From assembly GCF_009914755.1 (NCBI RefSeq), contig NC_060930.1: a stretch of 64,000 bases of DNA. The stretch is one strand, 5' to 3'. Origin of the DNA: the human T2T-CHM13v2.0 reference genome, Homo sapiens. The notes under the pieces are model-generated. The model saw only the letters and a list, made by a program, of their open reading frames with translations. It searched no databases and was not told the origin of the DNA. Shown here one piece after another: positions 61,266 to 64,000 of the stretch; position 1 is the stretch's first letter, and each line of letters begins with the position of its first letter. The translations under genes were made by a program, and so were the position numbers.

Positions 61266-62212
61266 GTTTAAATTTTATTTTATTTTAGATTCAGAGTGTC
61301 ATGTGAATGTTCGTTTCATGGATGTATTGTGTACTGGTGAGATATGGGCTTATGGTATACGCATTTCCTAAATTGTGAATATTGTTCCCAATAGGTAATT
61401 TTCAAACCTTGCCCTCCTCCCTTTTGGAGTCCCCAGTGTCTATTATTTTCATTTTTATGTCCATGTGTATCCATTGCTTCAAGTTCCCACTTATAAGCGA
61501 GAACATGCAGTATTTCACTTTCTGTTTTTGAATCAGTTCACTTAGGATCATGGCTTCCAGCTCTACCCATGTTGCTGCAAAGGACATGATTACATTCTTT
61601 TTTATGGCTGTGTAGTATTCCTCAGTGTATATATACACCACATTTCTTTTATCCAGTTAACCATTGATGGCTATTTAGGTTGGTTCTGTGACTCTTTTCT
61701 TGTGAATAGTGCTGTAGTGAACATACATGTACAGGTATCTTTTTTTTTTGAGATGGAGTCTCTCTCTGTCTTCATGCTGGAGTGCAGGGACACCATCTTG
61801 GCTCAGTGCAACCTTTGACTCCCTGGTTCAAGCAATTCTCCTGTCTCAGCCTCCGGAGCAGCCGGGATTACAGGCACGCAGCACCATGCCCAGCTAATTT
61901 TTGTATTTTTAGTAGAGACAGGGTTTAACCATGTTGGCCAGGATGGTCTCAATATCCTGACCACGTGATCCACCCTCCTTGGTCTCCCAATGGCATCTTT
62001 TTAATGTAATGATTTATTTTCCTTTCCGTAGACACCCAGTAGTGGGAGTGCTGGGTGGAATGGTAGTTCTATTTTTATTTCCTTGAGAAATCTCCATACT
62101 ATTTTCAATAGAGGTTGAACTAATTTACATTCCTGAAAACAGTGTATAAGGATTTTCTTTTCTCTGCATCCAGGCCAACAATAACAGCCATTCTGACTGG
62201 TATAAGATGGTT
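61266..62212 (-). mobile_element. L1PB/L1MA-type 3' end interrupted by an Alu
   Basis: cccacttataagcgagaacatgcagtattt...gttgctgcaaaggacatgatt...agccattctgactggtataagatgg; explains ORF 61402..61641. Confidence 0.9.
61740..61990 (-). mobile_element. AluSc-like, 5'-truncated
   Basis: ggccaggatggtctc...gtgatcc, ends at ctcccaa; TSD-like ggYatcttttt. Confidence 0.92.
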
Positions 62213-63016
62213 CATTTTTTTTTCTGGTGTTATGTGATAAACAGGTTATTTTACAACACAGTTTAGATTAGCTTATCAATGATAGAGCCGACTTTGTGAT
62301 AGCCATTAATACACACAGTCAAGAACTTAAATACCAATTTAAACCAAGAACCCTAAATGGGTATATTAAAGTTTTGTAAAAAGCATTGCGCAGTTTTGAC
62401 ATAAGAATTGTTCAAGTGGTAATACAGCTAAAACACTCATGTTACTTTAAACATAATAACTTAATCTTTTAGGAAGTATACTTTCAAATGCTGCATAGAA
62501 CACATCAGGATTTTACCTCTTTTTAAAAGTCTGATCTAATTGGACAGGAGCACAGAGAGTTTATCTTTTTCTGAAGTATGTTGCTGAAAGTAGGAGGAGG
62601 GGAAGGAAAAGGAGAAGGAGCTAGGAGATGTTTTCTCTAGAATGTGGTCCCTTTATTACCGTATGTTGTAGTTGAACTTTCCAGGGTAAACCTAGTGTTA
62701 CAGATGAACTCACTAATAGATGTCAAATGCCTTCTTGGTATAATATATTATTTCCTATCTCCATAGTATTGAGGATGAAATACTACAGATTGAAATGCTC
62801 TGGAATGCAGTTTTAAAACTTTCATCTGAACATCGTTACATCTATGCCCAGGAATTTCCAAATTCTAAACCAAATGATACAGCTAGAGTTTGAAGACAAT
62901 TTGAGAGCTGGTGAAGATGACAGTTACTTCTTTCTGTTTCTTGCTCTTTGTATAATGGAAATGAATGTTACTTTTAATGAGTCAGTTGCAAGAAATTAAG
63001 ATATCTGCTAGACTGG

Positions 63017-63210
63017 TTCTTTCTTTCTTTCTCCCTCTCTCCATCCCTCTCTTCTTCTCTTCCCCTTTCCCTCCCTCCCTCTCTTTTTCTTTGCTTTCTT
63101 CCTTTCTTCCTTCTTTCCTCCCTCCATTTCTCCCTCCTTCTCTTCCTCTCTTTCTCCTCTTTGCCTCTACTTCTCTTCCTTCCTTCCATCTGTCTGTCCT
63201 TCCTTGCTTT
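63017..63210. repeat. CT-rich low-complexity polypyrimidine tract
   Basis: Almost only C/T; source of ORFs 62965-63401. Confidence 0.93.
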
Positions 63211-63360
63211 TGTTCATTGCAAGGAACTGACACACAAGGAATACATACAGTGGAGGTCCTACCATGACCAGACACTGTACTAGGCAAGTGAGCTAGAGAA
63301 GGGGACAAGATAAATAAGACCCTGCCCAAATGAAGAATCCAGTCAGGCAAATAAGCTATG
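63211..63360 (-). mobile_element. L2 3' relic
   Basis: cctaccatgaccagacactgtactaggc...agataaataagaccctgccc. Confidence 0.55.
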
Positions 63361-64000
63361 GAAAGATATGAGGGAAATGTTGGGGTAATAAAAGATCTCA
63401 TAGGAGAAATATGTAGTCCAGGCTCCCATGAGCTCTCTCTCTCTCTTCCAACCTTCAGCCCCCTTCTTGCTCTTTGGGGATTTCTAGGGAGATGTATGCC
63501 TTATATGCAAAATGAAGTACCAGAAGATAAAAAAGTCAAATAGAAATTAAGATTGTATAGATTATTCTGCAGAGTTGATCATTCACTTTCGTGTGAAAAA
63601 TTGGTTATATATGTTCTTACTTTTCTCACTGTAATACTTTTACAAGAAACTTCTCAGCACTTCGCTTTCTTTGTCTGCAAAAATGACACAGAGATTTTTT
63701 AAAAGGTGGGGTTTCCCACCTTTTCAAGCAAATGGTGCATTTCCCAGCTGGCTCTTGTTACAGTGGATGCAAATGCAAACATATTCTTGATTGAGATCTG
63801 TGAAATCTCCAGAAAGTTCTTAATATTGATTTACATCCTCCCTTGCAGAAATAATTAATATTGATTACTGAGAGGCACTTAGCTTGATAATAATTGCACC
63901 CAGTTCACAACAAAAGCAAGTCAATTGTGGTGCTTAGGAATTTTTAATAGTGATTTTTGTCTTTTATTATTTTATTTTTCATGTCTAAATGAGAATTGAC

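Overview
Primate (probably human) AT-rich, repeat-dense, apparently non-coding DNA, either intergenic or inside a long intron. I can support no host protein-coding exon, tRNA, rRNA or CRISPR feature. Every ORF in the track that I recognise is an Alu, L1, LTR or simple-repeat translation. The rest are short, and several begin at TTG/GTG rather than ATG. The window holds about 17 Alu-family elements, a young twin-primed L1PA2/3-like insertion, several old L1 blocks, MaLR/ERV solo LTRs, DNA transposon fossils, MIR/L2 relics and microsatellites. Repeat subfamily names come from my recall of consensus sequences, not a database search, so they need RepeatMasker/Dfam confirmation. I did not find a convincing new biological system. 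The most unusual structure is a set of locally copied unique segments with no retrotransposon hallmarks. One is a 151-bp direct copy (150/151 identical, 1.5 kb from its donor) followed by hairpin filler inside a MIR. One is a 211-bp inverted copy (201/211) inside an MLT1A LTR that has lost all four CpGs its donor keeps. One is a 36-bp dispersed copy. There is also a good extended CTCF motif in a CpG-retaining, motif-rich island near 48.4-48.9 kb, a GGAA 9+15 microsatellite and a few candidate non-coding exons on the + strand.
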